The translations under genes were made by a program, and so were the position numbers. Below the pieces are notes generated by a model. The model was not told where the DNA came from. It did not search any database and saw only the letters and a list, made by a program, of their open reading frames with translations. Shown piece after piece: positions 1 through 9,627 of a stretch of DNA of 64,000 bases (positions are counted from its first letter, which is position 1; each line of letters begins with the position of its first letter). The DNA is from Spirochaetota bacterium. GTDB taxonomy: Bacteria > Spirochaetota > UBA4802 > JAFGDQ01. The stretch spans positions 96,001-160,000 of the forward strand of contig JAZDKB010000009.1 in NCBI GenBank assembly GCA_043803405.1, written 5' to 3'.

Positions 1-1
1 T

Positions 2-190
2 GTGTATCACATGTGGGCCGAAGCTTTTGTAAACGGCAGATGGGTGCTTGTGGATGCGGCAAATCCGGGAACAAAATATCCGAACAGATACATTGCGCTC
101 GCTTATCATCATCTCAAAACCGAGATGCCTCTTTCGTATTTGAAGGCAGTTTCTGCCATGAAAAGCTTTTCTATTGAGTATGCAGAGTAA
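2..190 (+). CDS. Transglutaminase-like domain protein, C-terminal part (runs off window start)
   Basis: HMWAEAFVNGRWVLVDA matches the His/Asp segment of the transglutaminase-like triad. Confidence 0.7.
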   Translation: MYHMWAEAFVNGRWVLVDAANPGTKYPNRYIALAYHHLKTEMPLSYLKAVSAMKSFSIEYAE

Positions 191-195
191 TTATA

Positions 196-1356
196 CTACT
201 TCTTAAAACGTACCGTTATATCCGCAATCTCCGGCCTTGAGGTTGTGCGCACAGGTGGCCCCCATGTCCCGAATCCGGAAGATACATAGAAATGCGTTTT
301 GCCTTTCAGCTTATACCCCATGCTCAGTTCGAATATCAGTGAAGTAATATAATTGAACGGCCATAGCTGGCCGTGATGCGTGTGCCCGGACAGCTGCAGG
401 TCAACACCCGCGTCTATAGCTTCATTGAGAGCGAACGGCTGATGATCCATAAGAATGACCGGTAAGCTCCGGTCTATACCCTCGAGTATTTTGTCGAGCG
501 ATTCCCTCTTGTGGCCGTTAAACTGTGCAGAGCTTCTGTCGTCGCGACCCGCAATATAAAAATCATCGCCGATTTTAACCGCCCTGTCCCTGAGCATTGT
601 GATATTATGTTCGGAAAGATATTTTACAGCTTTACCGGAACCGCCAATATACTCATGATTGCCTGTAACAGCAAATACGCCATACTTCGACTCGAATTTC
701 CTCAGGGTTTCGCCCAGGTTGTTCTTAATGACAGGAGCAAGATCTTCGTCAACAATATCGCCTGCAAGCAGAATTAAATCCGGCTTAAGGCTGTTTATTG
801 TATCAACAAGCCTTTCGAGACGCGAGTTGGATATTATTGTGCCGAGATGTATGTCAGTCGCAAGCGCAATACGAAGAGATTTTAAATCAGGTACGGATTT
901 CTGTATTGTTATTTCGATTTTATTGAGCTTAGGTATGCAGGCATTAACATATCCTGCTATAACAATAATGATACTGACTCCTGTTACAATTCCAGCGCAA
1001 ATCAGTTTCGATTTTTCGTAATTATCTGTTACAGCAGCCGGGAAGAAACCGATAAAATGATTAAACGCCCTTGCTAAATCAATCAAAAGAATGCTAAAAA
1101 AAAGATAAATCATCAGGCCAAGCCAGAATGAACCGCTCCATATAAAAACTCCGCTGCAATCCGGCATGGAAGATCGTTCAACTATCCTGCCGGCAACATA
1201 CGACAGGCTTAAGAATAAAAAAACGATAACATACAGGGTTCTGAATATGTTATCCCTTGGTATTGCCTGCCAGCCGCGCATAAAAATATAAAAGTTTATC
1301 GATCCGTATATAGTTAAAGCGACTGAGATGAATATTAAAAAGTTATATGATTTCAT
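196..1356 (-). CDS. Membrane-anchored metallophosphoesterase (YkuE/YaeI-like)
   Basis: N-terminal TM helices; DIHLG, GDIVD, GNHE, HQP and GHTHHGQ motifs. Confidence 0.9.
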   Translation of the reverse strand: MKSYNFLIFISVALTIYGSINFYIFMRGWQAIPRDNIFRTLYVIVFLFLSLSYVAGRIVERSSMPDCSGVFIWSGSFWLGLMIYLFFSILLIDLARAFNHFIGFFPAAVTDNYEKSKLICAGIVTGVSIIIVIAGYVNACIPKLNKIEITIQKSVPDLKSLRIALATDIHLGTIISNSRLERLVDTINSLKPDLILLAGDIVDEDLAPVIKNNLGETLRKFESKYGVFAVTGNHEYIGGSGKAVKYLSEHNITMLRDRAVKIGDDFYIAGRDDRSSAQFNGHKRESLDKILEGIDRSLPVILMDHQPFALNEAIDAGVDLQLSGHTHHGQLWPFNYITSLIFELSMGYKLKGKTHFYVSSGFGTWGPPVRTTSRPEIADITVRFKK

Positions 1357-1410
1357 ATTCTTTATTAAAACTATTACAGTGTTGTATCGTTTTTAGCAGT
1401 TAATATGGCT

Positions 1411-1539
1411 ATAAATTGAAATACATTATAAAATTTTTGAGGACGCCTTTCAGGCCTGATGCAATAACGCTCAAAAATATTTAAAACGAACGATGAAGGC
1501 CTGATTCCGCAGAAAATTTTATAATGTATTTCAATTTAT
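1411..1539. repeat. 129-bp palindromic element with perfect 27-bp terminal inverted repeats (MITE-like)
   Basis: ATAAATTGAAATACATTATAAAATTTT (1411-1437) is the exact reverse complement of 1513-1539; inner TCAGGCCT/AGGCCTGA pair. Confidence 0.8.
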
Positions 1540-1564
1540 CAGTAAGCAAAATTTATATTTGAGA

Positions 1565-2182
1565 TTATTTTTTAGGCACGTCAGAGCTTTGCTTCTTAGC
1601 TATCTTTCCCTCGTTGTCTGCCTGGTCAACTTTATACTGCTCCGGCAACGGCTTCCCCGCTACCTTATATGCTCCGAGCGCGTAATTCTTCGCTGTTCTG
1701 CAAACATCGATTATGCTTTTATAATGCTTGGTGGCAAGCGCAGCCTTTGCGTCCTTTATGTTCTGGCTCGAAAGCCTTAAATATTCCACGACCTTTTTAT
1801 CATTAATGAAATCCACCATGTCTTCGCCTACAGCATCGTTTATCTTTTCAGCCCTGTCAATGTATTTCTTCGCGAGGACTTCGTAAAGACCATATTGAAT
1901 TGCAAGATATTTATTATATATTTCTATTGCATCCGTAAACTTTGACTGAATAAACTTTATTTTGCCGAGCTTTATCAGATGCTCCCCTTTGGCAAAATTT
2001 TCAAGATCGGCATTATCCCCGAAATTTTTTACGGATACTTCCAGTCCAAGTATCTCCTTTTCACATCGTTCGCGCAGAGCAGTTGCATCCGAAAGATCGC
2101 TGGAAAAAGCAGGTGCGATGTAAAAAGCAAACATCGCAAGCGACAGCATCAATATTCTGTTTAACTTATAATAATTCAACAT
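1565..2182 (-). CDS. Secreted alpha-helical hypothetical protein
   Basis: 205-aa ORF with signal peptide (..APAFS); GAGGT RBS upstream. Confidence 0.75.
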   Translation of the reverse strand: MLNYYKLNRILMLSLAMFAFYIAPAFSSDLSDATALRERCEKEILGLEVSVKNFGDNADLENFAKGEHLIKLGKIKFIQSKFTDAIEIYNKYLAIQYGLYEVLAKKYIDRAEKINDAVGEDMVDFINDKKVVEYLRLSSQNIKDAKAALATKHYKSIIDVCRTAKNYALGAYKVAGKPLPEQYKVDQADNEGKIAKKQSSDVPKK

Positions 2183-2250
2183 AAGATACCTCGTTATTAT
2201 AATATTCAGGGCTTACTGAAAAGGCGATGCAGGGGGAAAAAATTCTCTTT

Positions 2251-2355
2251 CGGCCCCCTAAATCCCCCTGAAGGGGGACTTTTGGTCTTTTTTGAAGAGT
2301 AAAGCTTTTACTTTTTCCGTTTCTAAGTCCCCCTTCAGGGGGATTTAGGGGGCCG
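2251..2355. repeat. REP/MITE-like palindrome, CCCCCTAAATCCCCC family, copy 1
   Basis: Perfect 31-bp inverted repeat CGGCCCCCTAAATCCCCCTGAAGGGGGACTT (2251-2281 / 2325-2355); each arm holds its own hairpin. Confidence 0.85.
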
Positions 2356-2617
2356 GTAGCTTAACAACCTTACTTTTCATACAGCCTCGGGATTTAGACG
2401 CTTATAGCTGCATTTCGTCATTTTAACTTAATGACATTGCCCTAAATACCAGTACGAAGCCTCCCCGTGGGACTAAAGGGGGCCATGTGGCTGAAGTAGC
2501 ACCTGCATACATTTATTACTTTTTTACTAGGCTTACACAAAAATGTGAGTAACAGAAAGCCCTGTTAACTTACATAAATAAGTACACGAGTTACGGCCAA
2601 TGTCAATTATTATATGA

Positions 2618-4306
2618 TCAGCCTTCTTTCTTCTGTATCTTTGCCCATGTGTCGCGCAGCTGTACAGTCCTGTTGAAAACCGGCTTGCCCTGTGAGGAAT
2701 CAGGATCTGCGCAGAAGTATCCCTGCCTTAAAAACTGGAATATCGCGCCGGCTTTTACATTGCCAAGACCAGGTTCAACCTTGCATCCTTTTAATGTCTT
2801 AAGCGAGTCAGGATTAAGATTTGTTTTATAATCCTCATCACCGCTTTCGGGATTCTCTTTTATGAAAAGATGGCTGTAAAGGCGCACCTCTGCGTCAGAT
2901 GCATGTTTTGCGGAAACCCAGTGCAGAGTCCCTTTCACCTTTCGGCTTTCCGACGCCTCCCCGCTTTTGGTAGCAGGGTCATAAGTGCAGTGAAGCTCCA
3001 GAATCCTGCCGGTCTTTTCGTCTTTAACAACGCGTTCGCATTTAATAATGTACGCGTGTTTTAAACGCACTTCTTTGCCTGGCGACAGGCGGAAATATTT
3101 TTTAGAAGGGATCTCCATAAAGTCTTCTTCTTCTATAAACAATTCTCGCGAAAAAGGAATCTTCCTCGTTCCTGTCGAAGGGTCCTCTGGATTATTCTCA
3201 GCTGCGAGCTCCTCAACCTGACCTTCCGGATAATTATCCAGTATTACTTTCACAGGACGAAGCACAGCCATTACGCGCAGGGCGCGCCTGTTCAGATCTT
3301 CGCGCAGGCAGTGCTCAAGCAAAGCGATATCCACAATGCTGTCAGCCTTTGCCACTCCTATGCGGTCGCAAAAATCCCGTATAGCTTCCGGAGTGTAACC
3401 GCGCCTTCGCAGTCCCGATATCGTGGGCATGCGCGGATCGTCCCAGCCTTTAACAAATCCTCCCTTGACAAGCTCAAGGAGCTTGCGCTTGCTCATTACA
3501 GTGTAATTAAGGTTAAGGCGCGCGAATTCTATCTGCTGCGGATGGCGTTTCATTCTTACTTCATCAACAAACCAGTCGTAAAGCGGCCTGTTATTTTCAA
3601 ACTCAAGAGTGCATATCGAATGAGTGATCTCTTCTATGGAATCTGAAAGGCAATGAGTGAAGTCGTACATGGGATATATGCACCATTTATCGCCTGTCCT
3701 GTGATGTTCGGATTTCTGTATGCGGTACATGACAGGATCGCGCATATTGATGTTGCCGGACTTCATATCTATTTTGGCGCGAAGCACATGCTCGCCGTTT
3801 GCGAACTCCCCTGCCTTCATGCGTGTAAACAAATCCAGATTTTCCTTAACAGAGCGGTTGCGGAAAGGGCTCTCTTTGCCGGGCTCCCTGAGCGTGCCGC
3901 GGTACTCCCTCATCTCGTCGGCATTCAGATCGCAAACATAAGCCTTGCCTTCTTTAATAAGCTGCACCGCGTATTCATAAAGCTTGTCGAAATAATCCGA
4001 AGCATAATACAAATGCTTTCCCCAGTCAAAGCCCAGCCATTTTACATCTTCCATAATGGAATCAACATATTCCACATCTTCCTTGCCAGGATTCGTGTCG
4101 TCAAAACGGAGATGGCACCTGCCCTTGTACTTTATAGCAAGGCCGAAATTAAGGCATATAGATTTCGCGTGCCCAATGTGCAGGTAGCCGTTCGGTTCCG
4201 GCGGGAAACGCGTAACAACCTCGGCGTTATTTTTTTTGGCCGCAATATCTGCCTCAATTATATTCTCAATAAAATTGAGCGACCCTGTGGATTCGTTAGT
4301 GTCCAT
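2618..4306 (-). CDS. glnS: Glutamine--tRNA ligase
   Basis: [17 protein letters not shown] and MSKRKL motifs; start placed at MDTNES after a GGAG RBS. Confidence 0.97.
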   Translation of the reverse strand: MDTNESTGSLNFIENIIEADIAAKKNNAEVVTRFPPEPNGYLHIGHAKSICLNFGLAIKYKGRCHLRFDDTNPGKEDVEYVDSIMEDVKWLGFDWGKHLYYASDYFDKLYEYAVQLIKEGKAYVCDLNADEMREYRGTLREPGKESPFRNRSVKENLDLFTRMKAGEFANGEHVLRAKIDMKSGNINMRDPVMYRIQKSEHHRTGDKWCIYPMYDFTHCLSDSIEEITHSICTLEFENNRPLYDWFVDEVRMKRHPQQIEFARLNLNYTVMSKRKLLELVKGGFVKGWDDPRMPTISGLRRRGYTPEAIRDFCDRIGVAKADSIVDIALLEHCLREDLNRRALRVMAVLRPVKVILDNYPEGQVEELAAENNPEDPSTGTRKIPFSRELFIEEEDFMEIPSKKYFRLSPGKEVRLKHAYIIKCERVVKDEKTGRILELHCTYDPATKSGEASESRKVKGTLHWVSAKHASDAEVRLYSHLFIKENPESGDEDYKTNLNPDSLKTLKGCKVEPGLGNVKAGAIFQFLRQGYFCADPDSSQGKPVFNRTVQLRDTWAKIQKKEG

Positions 4307-4506
4307 AAAAAGCTCCATTATTATTCTATAATTAAATGTCTTTTCGGTTATCATTGCTTGCAAGAAATTTTTTTTATATAACCTGCAAATTGCTTTAATT
4401 CCGTGTTTTTTTACGAAGATTTAACAAAATTGAATATTATTTATGATATTTACCGGAAATTTTGCATAATTTCAATGTTTTTGCCAGTATTTATGATGTA
4501 AAATAC

Positions 4507-4674
4507 CTTACTGATGCACTCATTGTTCATCTAAACGCGATCATAGTCCTTCCGGACATAATCTCTATCCATCCGGACACGATTATCATCCTTCAGGACA
4601 TAGTCACCGCTTATCCAGCCTGTGTCAGCATCTTTCCGGAAGCAGCCACCAAACATCTAATCTATGTCTTTAGC
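4507..4674. repeat. Degenerate tandem array of eight 21-bp units
   Basis: Units such as CTTCCGGACATAATCTCTATC / CATCCGGACACGATTATCATC / CTTCAGGACATAGTCACCGCT at exact 21-bp period. Confidence 0.7.
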
Positions 4675-5328
4675 CTAAAACGCTAAAAGCGCAGCCCTTA
4701 TGAAGCTTGTAATAGGAGCCTGCTCCCTTGCATCTTCCATTGTTTCACGCAGTTCTTTTATTAAGTCATCCGCGTTATTATACACTTTGTTTTCATTGAC
4801 CAGCTTGCCGAGCGTACCCTGTCCAGTATTTATTTTAGCAGTGATTTCCTGAATATTACTTATGGTCTTGTAAAGATTCGGCCTGTTCTCGGCAATCAAA
4901 TCGCTCAGCTCGCTGAACATATCAATAAGTCTTTCGCCTTTCAGATTATTCCTTTCCTTAACAACGGCGTAAGTTCTGCCGTCTTTAAAAGCAATGCCAG
5001 GATCGATACCTACGAACCTTCCGCCAAGCATGGTTTCGGTCCTTACTTTTATTTTGTAGTTTTCATACAATAAAAATTCATGAAACATTTTCAGTTTAAC
5101 AAATACAGTATTGTCCGGAAGCAATTTTATTTCTTCAACAGCACCTGCGACAACGCCGTTCACCTTTACTTTGGACGTGGTATCGAGCCCTTCAATATTC
5201 TGAAAGATTACAGTCATCCTGTAATAATCCCGGGTCTGAAAAATATCGCCGCTCATAATTATGGTAAAATATCCGAGAATGGAAAGCGCGACAAAAAACA
5301 ATATGCCTACAGTAACTTCGTTTTTCAT
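4675..5328 (-). CDS. mlaD: MlaD/MCE family protein
   Basis: N-terminal TM; GL..VKVNGV..G.V and MLGGRFVGIDPG MCE motifs; GTLGKLV tail. Confidence 0.9.
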   Translation of the reverse strand: MKNEVTVGILFFVALSILGYFTIIMSGDIFQTRDYYRMTVIFQNIEGLDTTSKVKVNGVVAGAVEEIKLLPDNTVFVKLKMFHEFLLYENYKIKVRTETMLGGRFVGIDPGIAFKDGRTYAVVKERNNLKGERLIDMFSELSDLIAENRPNLYKTISNIQEITAKINTGQGTLGKLVNENKVYNNADDLIKELRETMEDAREQAPITSFIRAALLAF

Positions 5329-5394
5329 TGTAATCATCCTTATGATGCTTAAATGGTGTTAAGGACTTATATATATTATAGCACCTTAACCAGC

Positions 5395-5707
5395 TTCTCA
5401 CCAATACCCCCTCCCGGCCTGCGGCCAGACTACCTCTTGGCAGCTGACAATCTACCTACATTTTTTCTGAAAGATTTGATAGTAAACAAATTAAATAAAA
5501 AATGTACATCTTTGCCTCTAAGTCCCCCTAAATCCCCCTTAGGGGGACTTAAAAAATTAAAAACAATAAAATACATCGAGTTGTTATTTGTTTTTAAACC
5601 CCCCTAAGGGGGGTTTGGGGGGCGGAAGAAGCACTTCGCCCCCTACATTTTTCACCTCTTTCTCCCATTTCCAATAAATGTGGGCCGGGAAGGGGTGTTT
5701 GGGAGAA
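5395..5707. repeat. Nested palindromic element: outer imperfect IR enclosing copy 2 of the CCCCCTAAATCCCCC palindrome
   Basis: Outer arms TTCTCACCAATACCCCCTCCCGGCC (5395-5419) and GGCCGGGAAGGGGTGTTTGGGAGAA (5683-5707); inner arms 5524-5555 / 5591-5622 with 4 mismatches. Confidence 0.75.
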
Positions 5708-5734
5708 AGTGCTTAGAAGCTTTCTCTCATCTCC

Positions 5735-6481
5735 TCACGCCACTCTTATAGGCCCAGATATCTGCCCTGTAATGAACTGCCTCACAACCGCATTTTCAGT
5801 ATTCCTTATTTTGTCAGGCACATCGCATTGTATAATATCTCCCTGGTAAAGCATTGCGATCCTGTCTGCTATGTAATAGGCGCTCTCCATGTCGTGCGTC
5901 ACAACAATCGAAGTAACTCCGAAATCCTTCTGCATACGCCTGATGAGCGCGTTGATGTGCGCCGACATTACAGGATCAAGCCCGGACGTGGGCTCATCGT
6001 ACAGAATAATATCCGGATTGCCCACAAGCACCCTTGCAAGCGAAGCCCTTTTCTTCATGCCCCCGCTAATGTCAGACGGCATTTTATCAGCCGCGTCCGT
6101 TAACTGAAGTATCTCGAGCCTGTCGTTTGTGATCCTCTCGATCTCGTCCGGAGGATACAGCTTGTTTTCGCGCAATGGAAGCGAAATATTATCCCTTACA
6201 GTCATCCAGTTTATCAATGCGCCGGACTGGAAAACAATGCCCATTCTTTTCCGCAGGGTTTCCTTCACGCTGCTTTTCGCGCCGTTCATTTTTACGCCTT
6301 CTATCAGAACATCCCCGGAATCGGGATCAGTCAGGCCCGAAATATGCCGGAGTGTAACAGTCTTCCCCGTGCCGGACTGGCCTATTATAACAAAAGTTTC
6401 GCCCTTTTTAATTTTAAAGCTTATTCCGTTAAGCACCTTGAAAGTATCAAAACTTTTGTGAACATTTACAAGCTCAATCAT
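5735..6481 (-). CDS. mlaF: MlaF-type ABC ATP-binding protein
   Basis: Walker A GQSGTGKT, ISGGMKKR signature, YDEPTSGLDP; next to mlaE/mlaD. Confidence 0.92.
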   Translation of the reverse strand: MIELVNVHKSFDTFKVLNGISFKIKKGETFVIIGQSGTGKTVTLRHISGLTDPDSGDVLIEGVKMNGAKSSVKETLRKRMGIVFQSGALINWMTVRDNISLPLRENKLYPPDEIERITNDRLEILQLTDAADKMPSDISGGMKKRASLARVLVGNPDIILYDEPTSGLDPVMSAHINALIRRMQKDFGVTSIVVTHDMESAYYIADRIAMLYQGDIIQCDVPDKIRNTENAVVRQFITGQISGPIRVA

Positions 6482-6486
6482 TCCTT

Positions 6487-7272
6487 TTATTTCCCGTAAA
6501 AAAATGCAGTTATAAAATACCCTGTAATAAGAACCATTAAAAAGGAAGCGACAACAGTAGACCTAGTCGCCTTGCCTACTCCCATTGCGCCGTTTGCAGC
6601 TCTCATTCCCTGGGCGCAGCTTATGGCCGCAATTATAATGCCGAATATATTGGATTTCAAAAGCCCCACATAAGTTGCCTTAAACCTGAGAGCCTCTACA
6701 ACGCGGTTGTAATAAACCTCGTAAGGCACTCCAAGCTGGAAATACGAAACAACAGCACCTCCCACAGTACCGAGAGCGATAACGTATATTGTCGAGACCG
6801 GCACCATAACCGCGAGCGCAACCAGTCTCGGCATAACCAGGAAGCGCACAGGGCTGATGGACATCATCTCAAGAGCGTCAATCTCTTCGCTCACTTTCAT
6901 GGTGGCAATCTCCGCGGCCATGGCAGAACCCACCGAAGCAATAATTATAATGCCTGTCATGAGCGGCCCCATCTCCCTTGTCATTGTCGTAATAACAAGA
7001 TCGCCCACATAATTCTGCTGCTGAAAACGCATCAGCTCAATCCCTGTCTGTAAAGCCAGTATCATCCCGACAAAAACCGCAACCAGGGAGCATACAACCA
7101 GGCTCTTTACTCCTGCAATGTACATCTGCTTAAAAATTTCCCTGCGCTTGGTGAACGCGCTTTTGCAGTGATAAAACGCCTTTGCGAGCAATACAATAGT
7201 GAACCCGGACAGCTCAACTATATCCATGAATCTTTTGCCCAGCAAATAAAAAAAGTTCGTTAAATAATTCAT
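6487..7272 (-). CDS. mlaE: MlaE-type ABC permease
   Basis: REMGPLMTG, AEIATMKVSEEIDAL..M and GVGKATRSTVV motifs. Confidence 0.93.
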   Translation of the reverse strand: MNYLTNFFYLLGKRFMDIVELSGFTIVLLAKAFYHCKSAFTKRREIFKQMYIAGVKSLVVCSLVAVFVGMILALQTGIELMRFQQQNYVGDLVITTMTREMGPLMTGIIIIASVGSAMAAEIATMKVSEEIDALEMMSISPVRFLVMPRLVALAVMVPVSTIYVIALGTVGGAVVSYFQLGVPYEVYYNRVVEALRFKATYVGLLKSNIFGIIIAAISCAQGMRAANGAMGVGKATRSTVVASFLMVLITGYFITAFFYGK

Positions 7273-7288
7273 AGCATTTTCCGGCAGC

Positions 7289-9037
7289 TTACAAAAGCCT
7301 CATTGTGTATAAAACAAATTCATCGGACGCGTTTAATCTTCCGCCCGTAAACAAAAAATTATTGGTATGATAATTAATATCACTTCCATCCGTTTCAGGG
7401 CTTTCATCATTATAGTCGCCCGAAACACCCTTATTTGCAACATCAATTTTATTATCGGACTTTTTCTGTAAATAAACCGGTATCCAGAATAATCTAATAT
7501 AATTCCCGTCATCATCATTGTTGTAGGAGAACATTGAAAAGAGTATGCCGACATGGCCCCCGCCGTCATAGCTGTTGTAGCAGAACAGGCTAAGGTAATC
7601 CATTGCGGACAACTTTGCAGCACCGGCTTTCGATGTATTGTACGAGAACAGCACAGGCATCTTAACATTTATAAAGTCTTCGCCCCATCTCTGGTAATAT
7701 AACCGGAGCAAAAGGCCGAATCTTTTCTCACCGGACTCAAGCCGCCTGTATTCAAATAAAGTCCAGAAAGGCTGGTACATCTTCTCGTATCCATCCGGGT
7801 CCCTGAACGGAAAAAGCGATAGCATATTGAAGGATAAATTCCCCCTGTCATCGTATTCGTACTGGAACAAAGGCCATATCTTAAAATACCGCCATGAACT
7901 CCCGTAAACAGGATTCGGTTTATTCTTATATTCCCTTTTAAAATACCAGATTATTAGAGCATTGATATAATATTCTGATTCAAAAATATCGCTGCGCTTT
8001 TTAAGGCTTATGTAAAGCGGAGTTGCGAAGAACATTTCCTTGTTCTGGTATTTGTACGAACCTGCAACAGGAAAGAATATGCGCTTCGTTATCTTCGGAT
8101 CGCTGCAAGTCTGCCACTGCACAATAGGCCACGGGAAATTCAGCTCGAAATCCCCGCGCTTAATGTCATACCCCCATGAAAAGAACGGCCACAGGAGCGA
8201 ACTGGAGCCTCTTACCGAAGAAAGGTTCCATCTTCTGCCGTAAAACGGGAACGCAAAAAACGTGCGCTCTTCGTCAGCCTTCATAATTGTTCTGCCGTAA
8301 TTGAATATCATTAAAACAGAATAATTATCGTAAGTATCTTTCTTGTAATTATGCGCGTAAAACGGTAGAAACCTTTTATCGTCCCTTGTAGGGCTCTTTC
8401 CCCACTGGATAAGCGGCCACAATATTCCGTGAGCCTTGTAATCCCTGGATTCATAATCGACGTAGGCCGGAATAAGCGAAACAAAAAACACTGCAACATT
8501 CAGCCATGTAGGCGGGAACACCGGAGGATAAATAAAGAACAGCAGAACGCCCGGGAACAGTACAGTCGATATCCTGTCCTGTCCGAGCTTTCCTTTTACA
8601 GTGCCGCCGAAAGGCCACACATGCAAATACCTGTCGCGCGCGTCCTGCGACTCCCCATATAATAAAAACGGGAATGCGCCAAAGTCATAGTCCCTTACGC
8701 CGTTTGCATGAACATAATTAACCGATTCAATTAAACCGAAAAAAGATTTCCAGTCCGTTTTGCTTTTAGTCTCGTATTCCCAGAAGATCACTGGCATCAG
8801 CGATGCTTTAAAGACGTTCCCGTTTTTGTTACTTATGTTTTTAAGGTAAAATGGACGGACTGTAAACGAATTGCTTAAAACATTATTCTCGGTTTCATAG
8901 AACACCCAGTACCAGTTAAAATCGGAAACTCCGGCTGCGTTTGCTTTCTGCGCCAGTAAAGCAAACAACAATATAAAAAGGCAAATCCTGATTGTCTTTG
9001 CGAAACTGCGTTTTAACATGAGAAGCAAATCCGGCAT
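7289..9037 (-). CDS. Secreted/outer-membrane hypothetical protein with aromatic WP/FP repeats
   Basis: Signal peptide (..ANA-AG); recurrent (W/F)P(F/L) units; 16 bp upstream of mlaE. Confidence 0.75.
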   Translation of the reverse strand: MPDLLLMLKRSFAKTIRICLFILLFALLAQKANAAGVSDFNWYWVFYETENNVLSNSFTVRPFYLKNISNKNGNVFKASLMPVIFWEYETKSKTDWKSFFGLIESVNYVHANGVRDYDFGAFPFLLYGESQDARDRYLHVWPFGGTVKGKLGQDRISTVLFPGVLLFFIYPPVFPPTWLNVAVFFVSLIPAYVDYESRDYKAHGILWPLIQWGKSPTRDDKRFLPFYAHNYKKDTYDNYSVLMIFNYGRTIMKADEERTFFAFPFYGRRWNLSSVRGSSSLLWPFFSWGYDIKRGDFELNFPWPIVQWQTCSDPKITKRIFFPVAGSYKYQNKEMFFATPLYISLKKRSDIFESEYYINALIIWYFKREYKNKPNPVYGSSWRYFKIWPLFQYEYDDRGNLSFNMLSLFPFRDPDGYEKMYQPFWTLFEYRRLESGEKRFGLLLRLYYQRWGEDFINVKMPVLFSYNTSKAGAAKLSAMDYLSLFCYNSYDGGGHVGILFSMFSYNNDDDGNYIRLFWIPVYLQKKSDNKIDVANKGVSGDYNDESPETDGSDINYHTNNFLFTGGRLNASDEFVLYTMRLL

Positions 9038-9040
9038 TTT

Positions 9041-9424
9041 TCAGCTTCTTAGGCTATTAATATATTTAGCAATATACAACCTGTCTTCGGGTGATATTAT
9101 GCTGAAGACAAGACCGCCCTTTAAAGTTCTTCTCCCTGCCCCGCCCGTAATACTGCTCCAGACCTTTTTGCCTTCAGCCAGAATACTCTTATCCGAAAAA
9201 ATAATATTAATATAATAATTCGTCATTTTAGCGAACTCGTCAATGCCGCTAAGAGCTTCGGTTTCTTCAATAGAGTAACCGATTCCGTTCACATTTATAT
9301 CTATGACTTTAAGCCTGTAAATCCTGTCGCTGTTTATTTCTATTTCGATATCTTTAAAATTATCATCTTTAACGTATTCAGATATCTCGAATCTTTTAAA
9401 TTTTCTTTTTTCCTTATTATCCAA
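9041..9424 (-). CDS. PilZ domain protein
   Basis: RKFKR (RxxxR) and DINVNG (DxSxxG-like) motifs. Confidence 0.75.
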   Translation of the reverse strand: MDNKEKRKFKRFEISEYVKDDNFKDIEIEINSDRIYRLKVIDINVNGIGYSIEETEALSGIDEFAKMTNYYINIIFSDKSILAEGKKVWSSITGGAGRRTLKGGLVFSIISPEDRLYIAKYINSLRS

Positions 9425-9627
9425 AACCGTTTCCTGTAATTAATTCTTAAACTATTAGATATTATATCTTTAAATACATCAATAGTTTTTTAAATCAAAA
9501 TATTATAATATTTGCATAAATTTATTCTTCTTATTATAATTAATGACACACTTAAGAATTCAGAATTATATTTATGATATTCATACTTTTAATCCATTAC
9601 CGGTGAGTTGCCGCTTGGAATTCCATA

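Noticed and set aside
3653..4381. Long plus-strand ORFs opposite glnS (also 21473-22042 and 44240-44911)
   Set aside because: Antisense shadows of well-supported genes with no motifs of their own.
5353..5607. 84-aa ORF between mlaD and mlaF
   Set aside because: Reads through palindromic repeats; likely spurious.
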